64,000 bases of DNA from Ancylonema sp. (lineage: Eukaryota). Position 1 is the stretch's first letter; each line of letters starts with the position of its first letter. Location of the stretch: contig JBFLGF010000009.1 of NCBI GenBank assembly GCA_050230475.1, forward strand, positions 1-64,000, written 5' to 3'. A program made the position numbers and the translations under genes. Under the pieces are notes generated by a model. That model did not search any database. It worked only from the letters and a program-made list of their open reading frames with translations, and was not told the DNA's origin. Below, piece after piece: positions 39,077 through 51,500 of the stretch.

Positions 39077-39229
39077 TTACAAACAGTTTCACCTCGACCC
39101 ATCTTTGAGATCGTATGCTTCATGAGCATGCATAGATTCAAACTATACCACTTACCCCACATCCAAATACTGACAAACGGTACCAGCTTCACCCCCTCTA
39201 CAGAACGAAATGCCATCGTCCCACAACGA

Positions 39230-42200
39230 ACTTACAGAGAGCCCCGCTGGGACAGTGGCAGTCTGAAGGGGAGACCGAAGGTAGCGGCAGGCAGCCCATT
39301 TCGAAACTGCTCCATCATCCTCTGGGATCCATGGCCGTGCTCAGTGGGAGAAGGAAAAATATTCTGCTCCCCTCCCCTCCCCGCCCCCTTCTGCTCCTTC
39401 CAACCAAAGCACCGAAATGCGTGAGGGGGGCGTGTATGCGTTTCGTTACATGTCAGCTTACGTGTGTACGATCATACCCTCGGTGTGACTGTAGCAAGGT
39501 GTGGGCATTACGCTTCCCCTGATATAAGCACAACGATGAGGAAAAGACACAAAAATGGGACGGATGTGATTGTATTGTGGGGTTGAAAAGAAGGGATAGT
39601 TCGCAGCCAATAGTGAGGGATTCTCTCACACCTCCTCCTCCCACCCCCCATCCTCCTCATCTGCTATCTGCTCCCCATCCCGCTGGCTCTCAGACCACTT
39701 GGGGTGCCGACCTCCCTCCTTCCTCTTCCCAACCTGCTTTGCCCTCTGTGACATACTCGGCTGCTGCTGCTGTTGCGAAAAGAGGAGATGGAGATAACAA
39801 TGATTGCTTACGATGCTCCTCGTGTACTGTGTCTGCAGCAGTTGTGACTGTGTCAAGGGGGACCAGCATGTGTGTCATCGGTAGGGGTTTGAGGTGGTGG
39901 TGATCCATACCGTGTACACATTCTGTGAATGGTAAAGTTAAGAAAAGTTGAGTAAAGTTTACATTCAAGAATGCAGTGTCTTTCTGTATTGATTTCCCCA
40001 CTTTTCATCCAATGCTTATTCCATATCCGTTATTTTTCACATATTTTTCATTCGGTATTATTATCATTTTCATTATCATTCTTTTATATTTCTTTATTAA
40101 TGAGTACCGTCTCATTTGTACAATCATCATCATCATCATCCTTATTATCATTGGTATCATTCTAACAGTCAAACTTTGGCTGATTCCATGTATACAAATA
40201 AAATCAAACCTGGCGAGCGTTGAGTGGTGGAGGGCCTCCCGTAAGTTTCTGAAGCATTTGCGCCATCCGGAAGCCAGCTCCCTCTTGTACAGCCTGCGAA
40301 GGGTCCTCTTCCGGTGTATCGAACTCGTTTCGTTGTATGGCAGCCCTCTTCACCGAAAATGTCAATTTCGGCTTTGGGAGACGGGCTGCAGAGGTAGGTT
40401 CGGATCGTGTCAGCATTTTGAACCCGAATCACGCACCAGATGCTAAAAGAATGGGATCCGTTTTCAGTGATGGAGGTGAGGGTGGACACTCATTTTGATT
40501 CATTGCTCTACTCCTCTTTTTCACCCCTCCAATTCATTATTCATTATTCATCCGATTCTAGCTGCTCCCGCCTCTCCACTTATTGTGTCACCGTTGTCCA
40601 CACACGAGTAATGATCATTTGCGTACTTTCGATTCTGATGTGATATCGCACCGACCTGAGGGCTTTGTGCTCTAATCAACACAAACAAGGGACTGGTGTA
40701 TGGTCACGGGATTTTCGTGCGTTTTTTCGAATGCCTTCGGCATAGCTGACTGAGGACAGAGGACACATGCAGAGACGGACACATCAGGGTGGCAGTCTGA
40801 CGCACCTTTGCTTCGTCCCCCCCCTCCCAGGCTGACTGAGTTGAACGCTAGGGAAGCGCAGAAAGGAGCTCGAAGGCACGCCCGCCCAGGTGGGAGTCAT
40901 CACCTCTGACGTATCCTTGTCGGCACTTTTGAGAGATGTGGATGTTGTCTTCTCACCTCGCGTGCTGTGGCTCTCAGTCCACACCGGTGGCCGCCGTTGC
41001 TTCTATGCAGGGGGGTGCAGTGTCGGTTGCGATGGGATGGGATTATGTTTCGGCGAGTCGGTTGTGTTGGCGTCAGTGAAGCGCAGATCTGAACCCTCCT
41101 CTTCTTCTTCTCCTTCCTCTTCTGGGCGAGTGTCCTCCTCCTCCCACCCCCCATCCTCCTCATCTGCTATCTGCTCCCCATCCCGCTGGCTCTCAGACCA
41201 CTTGGGGTGCCGACCTCCCTCCTTCCTCTTCCCAACCTGCTTTGCCCTCTGTGACATACTCGGCTGCTGCTGCTGTTGCGAAAAGAGGAGATGGAGATAA
41301 CAATGATTGCTTACGATGCTCCTCGTGTACTGTGTCTGCAGCAGTTGTGACTGTGTCAAGGGGGACCAGCATGTGTGTCATCGGTAGGGGTTTGAGGTGG
41401 TGGTGATCCATACCGTGTACACATTCTGTGAATGGTAAAGTTAAGAAAAGTTGAGTAAAGTTTACATTCAAGAATGCAGTGTCTTTCTGTATTGATTTCC
41501 CCACTTTTCATCCAATGCTTATTCCATATCCGTTATTTTTCACATATTTTTCATTCGGTATTATTATCATTTTCATTATCATTCTTTTATATTTCTTTAT
41601 TAATGAGTACCGTCTCATTTGTACAATCATCATCATCATCATCCTTATTATCATTGGTATCATTCTAACAGTCAAACTTTGGCTGATTCCATGTATACAA
41701 ATAAAATCAAACCTGGCGAGCGTTGAGTGGTGGAGGGCCTCCCGTAAGTTTCTGAAGCATTTGCGCCATCCGGAAGCCAGCTCCCTCTTGTACAGCCTGC
41801 GAAGGGTCCTCTTCCGGTGTATCGAACTCGTTTCGTTGTATGGCAGCCCTCTTCACCGAAAATGTCAATTTCGGCTTTGGGAGACGGGCTGCAGAGGTAG
41901 GTTCGGATCGTGTCAGCATTTTGAACCCGAATCACGCACCAGATGCTAAAAGAATGGGATCCGTTTTCAGTGATGGAGGTGAGGGTGGACACTCATTTTG
42001 ATTCATTGCTCTACTCCTCTTTTTCACCCCTCCAATTCATTATTCATTATTCATCCGATTCTAGCTGCTCCCGCCTCTCCACTTATTGTGTCACCGTTGT
42101 CCACACACGAGTAATGATCATTTGCGTACTTTCGATTCTGATGTGATATCGCACCGACCTGAGGGCTTTGTGCTCTAATCAACACAAACAAGGGACTGGT

Positions 42201-44409
42201 GTATGGTCACGGGATTTTCGTGCGTTTTTTCGAATGCCTTCGGCATAGCTGACTGAGGACAGAGGACACATGCAGAGACGGACACATCAGGGTGGCAGTC
42301 TGACGCACCTTTGCTTCGTCCCCCCCTCCCAGGCTGACTGAGTTGAACGCTAGGGAAGCGCAGAAAGGAGCTCGAAGGCACGCCCGCCCAGGTGGGAGTC
42401 ATCACCTCTGACGTATCCTTGTCGGCACTTTTGAGAGATGTGGATGTTGTCTTCTCACCTCGCGTGCTGTGGCTCTCAGTCCACACCGGTGGCCGCCGTT
42501 GCTTCTATGCAGGGGGGTGCAGTGTCGGTTGCGATGGGATGGGATTATGTTTCGGCGAGTCGGTTGTGTTGGCGTCAGTGAAGCGCAGATCTGAACCCTC
42601 CTCTTCTTCTTCTCCTTCCTCTTCTGGGCGAGTGTCAGTCTTGGCTGCGATATCCTCCTCGTCCTCCAAGCTTGCAGGCGTCTGAGCCGTGTAGTGGGAG
42701 TGTGGGTGGTAGCTGCTGCCAGGTGAGCCGACAGTCGTATCGGTTTGGATCGGCTCTGAGGAGGGAGGAAGCTTCTGGGAAAGAGAGAGCATCTGGTGGA
42801 GAACTGAAGGCCTGTCTGAAATTGGAGTCATGATCTTCTGAGAGAAGGAGTGCTTGTCTTCAGATTGGGAGCGTCCGTCTGCCGATGTGTGATGTGTGGA
42901 AAGGGACGGGGAGGGAGGGGATGGTGAGGATGGGAGGTTTGAATCTGCAGGAGGTCGGAGGTGCTGCTGTGATGTTGGAAGTTGGTGTTCCTGCTCTGCA
43001 GATTGAGTTTGGTTGGTTTGATTTGGTTTGGTTTGTTGAGTTGGTAGCTGCGAAGCAGCTGCTGGCTGGTCGGGGACTTTGTCGTCAGCAAGAGTAGCAG
43101 AGAAATGGAAGAGGGCGTCGAGAGCAGCTGTCTCGGAATGAGGGGGAGCAGCAACCAGTGGAGGGCCATCTTCCTGCAACCAACTTTCTGTCAGCGCAGT
43201 CACAGGGGATTTGGTACGGTGCTTGCTTTGGCTTTTGGCTTGCATGCTGATGTGTTGTGTATGTTTTGTTTGAAGCAAGTGGACAAACAGCATCTGGAAG
43301 CTGATGAGTTTGTACGGCTGGCTAGCACATACCCATTCTGCAGGATTGTCGAAACTTGCGGCGAAATTGTCCAACGCGAATGAGCTACCAGCATCTTGGC
43401 AGCTGTCTTCATGTCTGCTGGATAAGATCTGGCTGCTGCTTCTCCAACCTGGAGACACCTGATGCAGGAAGAGAAGAGAGATTTGCGTGAGCGATGCATG
43501 GAGCAGATTGATGACAGGGAGACTGCAGGCTACCCTGTAATGATGTTACAAAGAAATTCCGGAAAAATCATGTCAGGAAAAGCCAGCAAGGTCGCAAAAA
43601 AGAGCAGGAGAGCAGGAGAGCAGGAGAGAATTAAGTCTGTTTGCAAAGCACTATCTCAGGTTTTCGAGGCAACCTGCTGTGCTGGGCGGCCTTACATTTT
43701 TATTTTGAGATGATAGACGAGCGGCACTGCCTTTGCCAGAATCTGAGATCCCCCGAAAGATGTGTAGAGTGAGAAACAAGACTATTGAGTGTAACTCATC
43801 TATACTGTAAAAATACCACATGCTAAAAAGCATTGACGTTCATAGACGTCACAGTAAACTTTGCTGACCTGGAGGAAGCTGTGAGGCAGGCTTCTTCCAG
43901 GATGGAACCTGATGGAAAAAAAATGAGTGAGGATGAAGAGCCTTCACGCTTTCAGAATGTCGAAGAAGCACCTGACTAAGTTCCACCTCCTAGCAGTACG
44001 GCACTTCCACCACCCTTTCTCGTCGGGATTTAATTGACTGAATATTTATTGTCTTCCAACTCACGGAGGGCTGATCTTGCTGAAGAAACGCCAAAAGAGT
44101 TCTTCTTTGATCATTTTCATAGAGAACCTGATCTTCCGAGTCCTCTTCCCCTGGAAATCAGAGGCAACAAGAATTGGCTGAGTGAGAGGGAAAAGCATAG
44201 ACCGGCTGTTACTTTCTTTCACTTCAAATTGAGAAGTTGTCATATTCGTTACATGTAACTACTTCTACATGCTTCTGTAATGCCATTGCCATGAAAAATA
44301 ATGTAACAAACGGAGCGCCTGCGGAAAAAAAATCACCATCTGAAAGGTAGTCATCCAGGCCCAAGTCTTGCAGCTCCTCATGGATGTACTGTGCGTGTAG
44401 CGCAGCCAT
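39230..44409 (-). CDS. Unidentified multi-exon gene encoding a low-complexity S/P/Q/E-rich protein; disrupted by an in-frame TAG and a tandem duplication
   Basis: ATG exon at 44409 (MAALHAQYIHEEL), a long exon starting after an acceptor at 43458, and further exon-like segments with splice signals. No family recognised and boundaries approximate. Confidence 0.4.
39631..42636. repeat. Near-perfect tandem duplication, unit ~1503 bp
   Basis: Duplicated ORFs are offset by 1503/1502. The only difference I noticed is one C-run length. Confidence 0.95.
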
Positions 44410-45367
44410 GGCGTAACGTCCTTTGGACTCCGGGATACTGTGAAGTGCTACTGGAGTGCAGAGTTCACCATTCTCAGTATCACTTACTACGGAAGAGCAA
44501 GAGAGTGATTAAGCTCCACATAACTGCGTGCCCACTACGACTCTGCGAGCGTGTTGCTAATTTACATGTGTGGTCTCGATTGCGAAGTTCATAAGTAGCG
44601 CAATTTCTTCGTCGTGCACCAAAAACTGGGACAGTGGAAGACCAGTAGACGTACTAGCTCGGAGTGCACCATAGATAAATTCTCATAGCCTTCGAGATAC
44701 CGTATGCTGGTCATTTGAATGTTCGGTGTTGGCGTCCTGGCGCCAAAATTACAGGAACTGTAGTGGCCTGGTGACTAAAGCATCCCATAAGTCGCACCGA
44801 AAAGTTGGCGGTGATTTGAACTCCAGGCCCGATAAGAGTCGCTGTCACCCTCACGACAAAATTTGGAGCACAGAAAACGTCTCAATCAAGTCTGCGTAAA
44901 AGGTGGCACAGCATTTTCCGGGCGGTGAGGCGGCAGAGGAGGTGCGCATTGAGGGAGGAAGGTGTTGCACAGAATTCATCGTCGTAATTCAAGATTGATG
45001 TCTGCACACATCATATCAAATGCACGTGTCGGTTTTCTCGAATTCCATCAAATTCCCCCACATTTCCGCGTCTGCTGCCTCCTTGGCAGTTTCCCGGAGC
45101 AGAATACTACTTCCGCACATTCCCACTTCTGCACACATTCCTCCGTAAAACATATGCACCGTGATTCTTGCTCGTTGTGAGCTTCGTCATCTGGACCAGC
45201 GGAGGCTGACTTTCGGCAAGATCTCTGCGAGTACTGCGAATGTAGAGGGGTGGTGTGTTTGGAGGGAGAGTAGACACGCACGTGTTAGAAACCGCCCACA
45301 CAGTGACAGCAGTAAATTGGCTCCGGTGCAGCATCTACAGCGTGGGCAAGCATTTCAGGCTTCTGGA

Positions 45368-48079
45368 ATGGCTAGCTCGTCCACAACAGAAGAAGTCAAA
45401 GAGAAAGGGGTCATTTTCTTCGTAGCGAAGACAGGAGTTGAGACCAATGCTTTCAAACAAAGCTTGTCTGTGAAACCGTTAATCATACCAGACGGCCTCT
45501 CGTTGATTGAAGGCGATGTAGCTGATAATTTACAACCTAGTCAGAATTTTAGTGGCTGCACTTTTATGGAGTCCATTGATTCAAGGCTCATTGCTCGACT
45601 TTTGTTGTTCTCACCTCGGATGGCTTCTACCCAGTCCCTGCTATCTGAGTGAGTACTGGACTCAGAATGAGGTTGACAGTTGAGCTATTTCCCCCATGTT
45701 CTTATGTTCAGAAATAGAATCAGACTGTGTAGGCCTCCAGATGGTGTATCAAAATGACTTCAAAGTGCAATGCTGTTGGCCGCAAAATTCTCTCCACCAT
45801 TCCAACTGACAACTACACGCTCCAAAAAAAGTGCTCCAAACCACAGGGTGAGGGAAATCTGACCGATTCTTTTATTTGCCATAAATATTTTGGCGCAGAA
45901 ATTTCAAGCTTCTTCCAATAGGTACCATGTGTGTCAGCGATGTGCAATTCAAAGGAAAAGGTGAAGCTCTTTTCGAGAGCCAGGGCTGTGTGCTGTCCAG
46001 ATTGCATTTTGCCTTGGGGACCATGGACGCAACTTGCCTATCTTTATTTTCGCCACCTACCCTCCGATTTTCCCAGCCAACGCGATGTCTCTTTGTTCGA
46101 GAAGCATCTTTGCCAACCACTCCTACATTATCTGAGCAGATGTTATGCATATCTCATGCTGCTCGACTGTATTATGTAGGCCGCGGAGGGAACAGTTGGG
46201 AGAGCCCCCCAGGCTGCCTCATGGTCTCATTCACCCTTCAGGAAAGCGACGGAAGGACCTTGCCATTTCTGCAATACGTAGTGTGCCTCGCAATCGTGCA
46301 AGCAGTGGAGCATCTCACACAGCAGAGAGATGCCGTAAGTCCTCCCTCCATAACCACATCTGCAAGGAGAGCTCTCTCGGCTCCAATGTCGAATACTTTC
46401 ATTCAGAAAGGGCTTGTCTGATGGCATCAGGGACTTTTGCATGGTCGCTCATGTCTGATGGCCATTATTAGCAGTGCAGACGTTGCAGCTGAGCATCAAG
46501 TGGCCAAACGATCTGTATGCTAATGGCTTGAAGATGGGCGGCATTTTGTGCAACTCTACGTATAGTGACAAGAAGTTCAACGTTGTGGTAGGTGAACTCT
46601 TCACCCACACTTGGCCTAGATTGCAGTTCTGCGCCGTAGCTCTGCAACTAGATGGCAGATAGAGGAGGTGTCTGATATATATGTCTCAGCAGCCTCAACA
46701 ATTTTCCGATACATCAAGCGATTCATCTTTTGTGTCTTCTTTCGAAGCTCATCGTTTTCTTTCTCTGCTCATTCTGTCCCTGCAGGCTTTGGGCAGAACG
46801 TAGACAACCGACAGCCCACAACTTGCTTGAATGCTCTGCTTGCTCAATCGAATCCAACGGCCCTGCCTCTCTCCCGAGAAGAAGTTTTGGCAGCTTTTGT
46901 CGTTAAGTTTGAGGACCTACATGACCGCTTCCTAACATCAGGCAAGTCAAAATCTGGATGGAATTTCCTCATCAATCAGTGTGTGACAAAGAAGCAGCGT
47001 CTTCTTCTTCTTCTTCTTTTCACATCACAGCATCGCACAGCAGTTCCATTGTGGCGACCCTGTTTGTGATCTGCAGGATTTGAGACGTTGCGTGACGAGT
47101 ACTTGGCCTGCTGGCTGCACACGTACGTCTACTTCGAACGACTATCTTGCTCATAAATCTGGTGCACAGAGGTCAAATAGAGCAAACCAATTGTCTTCAT
47201 TTGCCACACCATCAACCCCAAACACCTTAGCGGTCTATCTGCCCAGTCTTCACCATCCGACGCCAGCAGAATGAGGGGAGGAGTTGCTCCATGCTCTTCA
47301 AGCCCCGGAGTGCAATCCGGTTTTCAACTCCGGAAGTACGATACGACAGCTCATCATACTTTATTTTCTTTGTGTCTCTGCTGATGTCACTCGCAGGGGT
47401 CAGAAGGTCGTGTTGGAGGAAGATTCCGCTGAAGGACAGGGACGTGCCCAGGGTCCTCTCACCGTGCAAGTAAGAAACACTTGAGACAAACGAGAAACGA
47501 GAAACGAGAAACGAGTTTAGTGCAGGTTGGGGCGGTCCTCTTATGGTCGATGAATATGCGCATCTGGAGTCAGTACTGGAAAATCAGGGCATGGTTGGTT
47601 TCAATGGTGTTATAATGGTTAGCGTGTTCAAAATTTGAGCTGATGTGAGCAGGGCCTCACGGAAAGTGGGTATCTGCTGGCAACCAATCATGGTGGAGAG
47701 GCGTTTGAGCTGCATCCAGATGGGAACAGGTAAGCTTAAAACATCGTAACATTTCTCATTCTTTGCCGAGGTGCGTGATGATGCAACATGTAAGAAGCAC
47801 AAGGAATAGGAAGGTTAGGGTTAGGGTTAGGGCTAATAGAAGACGTCAAGTTAAAAATAGTAAAAAATAAAAAATCGGTCTAGGTATGGCATCGATTCTC
47901 AGGTATTCTCAGGTGGCAAATATGAGTTTATTCGGGAGTACACGTATTGGACCCACTTTTGATGACAAAGCTAGAAGGCTTCATACACGTTTAGGGGCCT
48001 CAAATAACATGGTTGCCCCTTTGTTGTGTGCAGTCTGGACTTCTTCTAGGGATTGATTCGAAGGAAGCTACGAGAGTGA
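45368..48079 (+). CDS. HCS1: Biotin--protein ligase / holocarboxylase synthetase. Exons 45368-45648, 45899-45960, 46180-46335, ~46480-46591, 46786-46941, 47077-47122, 47397-47469, 47653-47729, 48034-48079 (in-frame TAG at 48047)
   Basis: SPRMASTQ, VQFKGKG|RGGNSWESPPGCL, LQYVVCLA, IKWPNDLY..KMGGIL, WLHT, GLTESGYL..ELHPDGNS|LDFF. Confidence 0.93.
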
Positions 48080-48186
48080 TCTGCTTTGGTATATGCAATG
48101 AACAAGATGTTCATATACTTGTATTTAGCTTTATTCATAGATAATAAATCGTCCTAGAAAGGATGATTTATGTGTGAATATTTTCG

Positions 48187-48312
48187 TGGATCGTGGATTG
48201 TGGATTATGGATCGTGGATCGTGGATCCTAGATCGTGGATCCTGGATCGTGGATCCTGGATCGTGGATCGTGGATCGTGGATCGTGGATCGTGGATCGCG
48301 GATCGCGGATCG
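48187..48312. repeat. (GGATCGT)n 7-mer array (second copy 51607-51726)
   Basis: Directly visible, with copy 2 one unit shorter. Confidence 0.93.
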
Positions 48313-50633
48313 CTTTTGCATGAGTTGGAAACAGTAATCTTCTAAACGATCAAGACAAAAAAATATAGATATCTCTTGTGCTTCAATATTGACACAATAA
48401 AAAAACACTTTGAGAATGTTGATTGCCTGATGCTGATGCAATGTGCCTAAAATTCCGATAGCCTTACCTGTGTAATGATCATTTTAGGGAAATCTTGGTC
48501 AATACATATAAGAGTTGTGCAAACCTTCTACCTTCCACTGACAATTGTGTTGTGTCGGTCCATATATGATCGTGTGCATATATGGTAGTTGTGCCGCCGG
48601 TTGCAATCAAGAACCGGTGTAGGCAGTAGTGTGGCGCCAGTTGTTTTGCGATATAGCGGGTGTGCTAATGTCGTAGGGAATCACGTGAATCCGGGCGGAT
48701 CCGTAGGCGGCGATGCATAATGTCGCGCGCGCGCACCTCGCAGTAATGTACAGTTGATGTACAATACGGGCAATAGTCATGGTTGCGCGAGTCCGCAACA
48801 TGTAGTTGTATTTGTCATGAGCATGCATAATACATGGACGAGAAGTATTGGTGGGATTGCTAGAGGACAAGTTGGTGTGCCAACACATTTGGCCTTAGCT
48901 GCAGCGCAAGACCTTACATTACCCTTTTGTAACACCATAACCCTTATTGTTTCACAGAGTGCCCCCGTGGTGTTCATTGCTTTCCTTGCATTCACTGTTC
49001 ATTGTTATCACGTCGCAGGCATCTTGGTTAATACTTGCAATTCATCTCTAACTGCAATAATTACGAGCTGCAAAGAGGCTGATTTGTCAGTCAATACTAT
49101 TTACAGAATATCTCAAAACATTCGCATACATTAGAATTCCGAGCAGAGCACAAAACCCTGGCGACACCTTGCCTTGGTTAAATAAAGTCAGAAGTATTTT
49201 GCACATGGTGTAAGAGATATGTACGAGTTGTGCGCTTTCACTCAATGGTGGAGATGATGGGGAGGGATGCATTTCGTTCTACACATGGATGGGTATGCAT
49301 GTGTAAAGAGCATTAGACCAAACATACGATTTAGCACGTGTGGGGTGGCGTTCGTTAGTAGGTGTGGTCACACGTGTGAGGAGACACGTGTCGATATGTT
49401 CGTAAATGCAGTAGTTTACACGTGTGGGAGTAAACGATTCTAGATGTCACGACAGTTGCGATGTTGTGTTTGTGGCTATGTTCAGCATTGAATGCGGTTT
49501 ATGATATCCGCTCAAAATCAAAATCAAAATCATTACGCCAAAAGAGCTTCTTGAGTATACAATGATAGCATAAGGATATACACACCAAAGTACGTCATGT
49601 AAGGTGAAAGTAAGAATTGATTTTTGCAATGATTTTTTATCATGTTCAAATCAGCTATTTGGCACCTCTCACAAGTCAAAATGCCCGAGACCGTGTTGTT
49701 TGCCTCAATGTAGGGCAGTGAACCAATGGAGTCTTGGCAGATTTGATTGACCCTGAGCACATCATAATATTCACTTTATTCATATTTAAGGAATCTTATA
49801 CTATCTTGTATTGCACATGGGCAAAGTCAGAATTTTGTTCATAGACGAGAATAAATTTGCGTCGTCAGCGGACAATGATGGTCATGAGACACAAAAGACA
49901 AGGCTTCATTCCCAAGAAGTCATTGCTCGTTTATCTTTGGTTGAAGGCCCTCTACGGCTCTCCACATGGAAGCAAGGGCGTAAGGTGTAGAGTGGTGCGG
50001 CGCAAACAACCAGATGAATGGCGCAACCGTTCAGGAACGACAGTCGGCCTTACGGTTACCGTTATACGAAGAGCCCGCGATTTCCTCCTGTTTCCTCCCG
50101 CCAATCCTCGATATCGGTTGAAATACACAACGCTAAATACAAAACGCTGCCATTATCGCGTATGTCCGCAGGAGTACTGAAAGCGATTTTCTCTCTGACT
50201 ACGCTTGTCAGTAGCTGTCACTTCAGTTGGCTCCAAGTGCGACATCCAGATTCCTTGCGAGAAATATTCCGATCTCCTCTCCGGTTTTTGTGCACGCTCT
50301 GGTAATGTCTCACCGATGAGGAGGAAGAAAACAATGAGAAGGGATGAAATTATGTAAAACGATTCAGACCTACTCATGGCTCCGGGTAAAATAGCTTGAC
50401 CGGAAGTAAAGCATGTATTCACGTGGCACATACAATCATCACCGCACCGGTTACCACAGAGCATTCCCAAAAGTTTGGCAAAATTTTCCATGGCAGTCCA
50501 CAATCATGACGACCACTTGTCGCTGCTTAATGCTGCTCAATGCGCCTAGCCTGGGACAAGATAATGATACAGACCTGAGATTGAGTTCGGGTGTTTATTT
50601 TTTGTAAAGCCATTCATTCCCGGACCTCTCATG

Positions 50634-50840
50634 ATGGCCACCAGAAGTCAGACCTTGAAGACCCCGACCAAACTGAGTCCAATTGAGAGCCCAGCTCGGT
50701 CTCTCAAAACTCCAGTCCCGGTTCACAAAAGTCCCAGGCCGCTGCGGAGCCCCGTGCTGAATCTAAACCAGCCAGCCAAGTCCCTGACACTGAGTCAGCA
50801 TATGGGCAATATTCTGGGCACCCTGCATCTCTTCATCGGG
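50634..50840 (+). pseudogene. Orphan diverged copy of sulfotransferase exon 1
   Basis: MATRSQTLKTPTKLSP..LHLFIG plus a GTACGC donor, cut off by the N junction at 50907. Confidence 0.6.
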
Positions 50841-51073
50841 GTACGCATTCTCCATTTCGTCAATTCTTCTTCCCGCGCCATTGCTTCTCAATAATCTGCG
50901 ATATTCNAAAACGAGAAACGAGAAACGAGAAACGAGTTTAGTGCAGGTTGGGGCGGTCCTCTTATGGTCGATGAATATGCGCATCTGGAGTCAGTACTGG
51001 AAAATCAGGGCATGGTTGGTTTCAATGGTGTTATAATGGTTAGCGTGTTCAAAATTTGAGCTGATGTGAGCAG

Positions 51074-51500
51074 GGCCTCACGGAAAGTGGGTATCTGCTG
51101 GCAACCAATCATGGTGGAGAGGCGTTTGAGCTGCATCCAGATGGGAACAGGTAAGCTTAAAACATCGTAACATTTCTCATTCTTTGCCGAGGTGCGTGAT
51201 GATGCAACATGTAAGAAGCACAAGGAATAGGAAGGTTAGGGTTAGGGTTAGGGCTAATAGAAGACGTCAAGTTAAAAATAGTAAAAAATAAAAAATCGGT
51301 CTAGGTATGGCATCGATTCTCAGGTATTCTCAGGTGGCAAATATGAGTTTATTCGGGAGTACACGTATTGGACCCACTTTTGATGACAAAGCTAGAAGGC
51401 TTCATACACGTTTAGGGGCCTCAAATAACATGGTTGCCCCTTTGTTGTGTGCAGTCTGGACTTCTTCTAGGGATTGATTCGAAGGAAGCTACGAGAGTGA
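51074..51500 (+). pseudogene. Duplicate of the last two biotin ligase exons
   Basis: Identical GLTESGYL..HPDGNS and LDFF*GLIRRKLRE exons within the duplication. Confidence 0.75.

Noticed and set aside
39976..41949. 156-aa hydrophobic plus-strand ORF present twice
   Set aside because: It arises from ATT/ATC low-complexity sequence antisense to the minus-strand gene and is doubled only by the duplication.
42505..48049. TAG reassignment (alternative genetic code) to explain in-frame stops
   Set aside because: TAG terminates cysteine synthase, SDHAF4 and the KNB36-like gene at expected positions, and no other conserved exon contains an internal TAG or TAA.
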